Below are positions 24,401-27,269 of a DNA stretch of 27,269 bases, piece by piece (position 1 is the stretch's first letter; each line of letters opens with the position of its first letter). The DNA is from Salpingoeca rosetta (lineage: Eukaryota > Protista > Choanoflagellata), in the NCBI GenBank assembly GCA_033442325.1, contig JAWQFM010000001.1, positions 2,226,456 through 2,253,724 of the forward strand, read 5' to 3'. A model generated the notes under the pieces. It saw nothing but the letters and a program-made list of their open reading frames with translations. It ran no database searches and was not told the origin of the DNA. A program made the translations under genes and the position numbers.

Positions 24401-26172
24401 CCGCTTCCCTCCATCAAGGTGTGTGCAAGTGTATGCGAGTGTGCGAGTGTGCGCGCATGTGTGTGTGTGTGTGTGCTGGTTTTATCTTGCTCCCACCCAT
24501 GCAGGTGCGCATGTGAATGCGCTGTGTGTGTGCTTCAGTCTGGTGTGTTCATTGTGCCACTGCTCGCCCTCCTCCTCACCCCCTCCCCACCCCCCTGCTC
24601 ACACCCCCCTCCCCACCCCCTCCACCGCCTACATGTGGACATGTGTGCAGCGGACGGGGTCTCCGCCATCGCCCACGGCCGGTGCCGGCATGGACGCGTC
24701 CACGCGCACGTCGAGCGCCGTCATTGCGGGCTGTTACGATCCACAGGCCCGCCTCTCCACCGCCAGCTCGTCCCGCCAAGGTGACATGCCGCCCTCGCAA
24801 CACTCATGGCTCTTGCTTCTGCCTCTCTTGCACATGTCCCTCTTTTGTCTCTCCGTCTGCACCCCCCCCCCCAACTGTTGCCGTGTCTCCCATCTCTTGC
24901 TTCTGCCGTCGTGGGGTTTGTATTTGTATGCGTCTGGTGGTGTGATGTGACGCCTTCTGTCGACATGTCTCCACTTTTTTTTTGTATTCTCGATTCCTGT
25001 CCGCTTGCGTTGCCTTCCCAATCCCGCGTCTGCCACCATGCGCTCACACACGCCGGCGTTGTCACGTGCGGTGCAGACGAGACGGAGTTTGTTGTGCTGC
25101 AGTCGGCGAACAGCACAACGACGGCGATTCGCCGGTCCCGCGGCGCCAGCGGCCGCTCGGCACACAGCGCCGCCATGGTCCGTCTCATCGCACGCACACA
25201 CACACACACACATACACACATGTATATTTTTTACACATGTACACATACACACATACATACACACAGACACACACACATTTACACACACTTACACACACAT
25301 ACACACACATTTACACACGCACGTGGTGTCTTGAGACGGCATGCATGTATATTTTTACACATGTACACATACACACAGACACACACACACACATTTACAC
25401 ACACACATACACACATTTACACACGCACGTGGTGTCTTGAGACGGCATGAACGGACGCATCTCTGTATCTGACAGCAACTTGCGCAATGTTTGCTGCTTG
25501 CAGGACTCGCGAACGGACGAAGGCCAGGCGCCACCGATGTTTACGTTCACATCGCCAAGTTCGTTTTCATGCTCACCGTCACTACTGATTGCATTTGGCG
25601 CTGTTTGCATGACCTTGCATGGCCTCTTCTCCTTCTCACACCGTGTCCTCGCAATGATGCGCATTGCAGTGTCTATGCCAGCACACCAGTCTGCATCCGC
25701 CAACGGCGCAAAGCAGAGCACATCGCGGCGAGGTACAGAACACACACACGCACACGCACACACGCATACACACACACACACACACACGCACACGCACACG
25801 CACACACACATCCCACACACGTGGTCGTGTCACCTTTGAATTGGTTTCCGCTCACATGTTCCCCATGTTTCAACCATTCCTCCTCCAACACCACACAAAG
25901 CGGGCGACCTTGTTGCGCGCATGGACACGGCCACCGACGACGAAATCAACGCAACGTATGATGTCACCCGTCTTGCCCACGCCTCTGCGCTGTTGCGTCC
26001 TTTCTGTTCATTTCACAGTCGCCACCTCACACTTGTCACCTCACACTGGCCTCTCCTGCGTCCCGCGCCCAACACCACCACACTTCCCGTTGGCTTCACT
26101 ACCACCACCAGCGCTGCCCTGCTCTCGCTCGCCGGCGTCACTGATGTCAATCTCTTTGAGTCCAAGTCTTAG
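21477..26172 (+). CDS. FoxN: Forkhead-box transcription factor, FoxN2/3-like (16 predicted exons, ~481 aa)
   Basis: Exons 21477-21573, 21868-21963, 22086-22157, 22379-22550, 22827-22890, 23070-23149, 23476-23620, 23812-23920, 24133-24195, 24336-24418, 24651-24780, 25077-25177, 25504-25558, 25670-25732, 25901-25955, 26112-26172. Forkhead domain across exons 4-7: [38 protein letters not shown]...[19 protein letters not shown]...GKGSYW. SFxC, KRLxV and [12 protein letters not shown] are FoxN-type. The domain is high confidence; terminal exons are moderate. Confidence 0.85.
22901..22950. repeat. (TGTGTGGATG)5 decamer tandem repeat
   Basis: Five exact copies, FoxN intron 5. Confidence 0.9.
25219..25449. 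repeat. Imperfect tandem duplication (~125 + ~106 bp)
   Basis: Two units, each starting catgtatattttt(t)acacatgtacacatacacac and ending catttacacacgcacgtggtgtcttgagacggcatg; FoxN intron 12. Confidence 0.85.
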
Positions 26173-27188
26173 CTGTAACCTCGATTGTGTGTTGTGATCA
26201 CGCCCTTACTTGCTTGTTAGTTTGATCCTCTTGTACTCTTTCCTCCCTTCTCGTCCATGTCTGTGCGTCTGTGCGTCTGTGCGTCTGTGCGTTTGTGTTT
26301 GTGTGTCTGTCTGCCAGACTGGTTGTCTCTCAGCTTCTCTGTCCGTCTGTGTTCATTTTTACCTGACCAGACAACGAAGCACCGCAGCCCATATGCTGCG
26401 TGATGCTTTTTCGTTTCCACTTTCGTTTTCATAATGTACGTTCACCCATACATGCACCTCTCGCTTTGCCCGTGTTTAAGCGTCGTCCCCCCCCCCTCTT
26501 CTCATCATTCCTTGTCACTGCCCCACCTCCCGCCTTTCATATCCCATACATTCGTCGCTGACAACCATTCTCTTTGACATGAGACTGCGTGCTTGATGGA
26601 ATACTGTAATGTGTGCGCTGTGGTCGATCGCGTGTTGCGCATACGCCCACCTACCTCTGACACGTGCTCTTCTTCCCTCTTTCTTGTTTTTCATCGTGTT
26701 GAACGCTGCCATAAATGTGTGTGGCCTGTTGCTGTTTGTGTGTTTGTTCGTTTGCGAGCATAGCGCATGCTCGTTGGGGTTGCCTTTGAACAGGCCATCC
26801 AAATACATAACTCGATCCTTCAGGCTCAGGCAACCCATTCATCGTCACACACACACACACACATGTATGCTGAGTCTCGCTTGTCCACGGCAATTCCAGG
26901 GAACCAATCAAGATGAAGAAGCACTCTGTTTACTGCGTGCGACTGACGCCCAGCTGCAATGTGTGTCATCCATCACATCACTACTGCTGACAAACAAGAC
27001 GACAACCAAGATGAAAACATGAATGATGGAAAGAAGTTGACATGACTACACGACTGCATCCAGCACACACACAATAGATGCACGCTCGAAAAACTGCCTT
27101 GAGCAAGGCATCTACTACTCGAACAACAATACAAACAAACAAGCCACTCGAACGAACCGAGCGACAAAGCACTCATAGCGGACAGCCC

Positions 27189-27189
<1 letters not shown>

Positions 27190-27269
<80 letters not shown>
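27190..27269. repeat. (AC)n microsatellite
   Basis: Direct reading; truncated by window end. Confidence 0.95.

Noticed and set aside
26515-27022. Short ORFs downstream of FoxN (e.g. MGCLSLKDRVMYLDGLFKG...)
   Set aside because: No recognisable homology or convincing splice chain; probably UTR/intergenic, though a small exon cannot be excluded.

Overview
Intron-rich eukaryotic genomic DNA. Exons are short and GC-rich, and the GT-AG introns are packed with (CA)n/(GT)n microsatellites. The gene content is animal-like, so the source is most consistent with a choanoflagellate such as Salpingoeca rosetta (inference; not verifiable here). The ORF track is mostly microsatellite noise. Manual splicing recovers six complete genes with consistent intron phases: endophilin-A (+, 259-3751, 11 exons, 340 aa); a divergent Rho GTPase (-, 6207-4879, 4 exons, 191 aa); a large RS/acidic WD40 protein (-, 11127-7231, 2 exons, ~1198 aa); a glucose-6-phosphate dehydrogenase with an N-terminal PH-like domain (+, 11643-17372, 16 exons, 669 aa); a Q/H/P-rich Cys-zinc-ribbon protein (-, 20312-17723, 4 exons, ~573 aa); and a FoxN2/3-like forkhead factor (+, ~21477-26172, 16 exons, ~481 aa). 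The most striking item is the PH-G6PD fusion, with an altered coenzyme fingerprint and a rewritten GxEGRGG loop; it is a candidate membrane/phosphoinositide-targeted NADPH generator or sensor. Also notable are introns whose two ends carry complementary GT-rich and CA-rich tracts and whose acceptors lack a polypyrimidine tract. All exon models are manual and need RNA-seq confirmation. Comparisons with human proteins are from memory.
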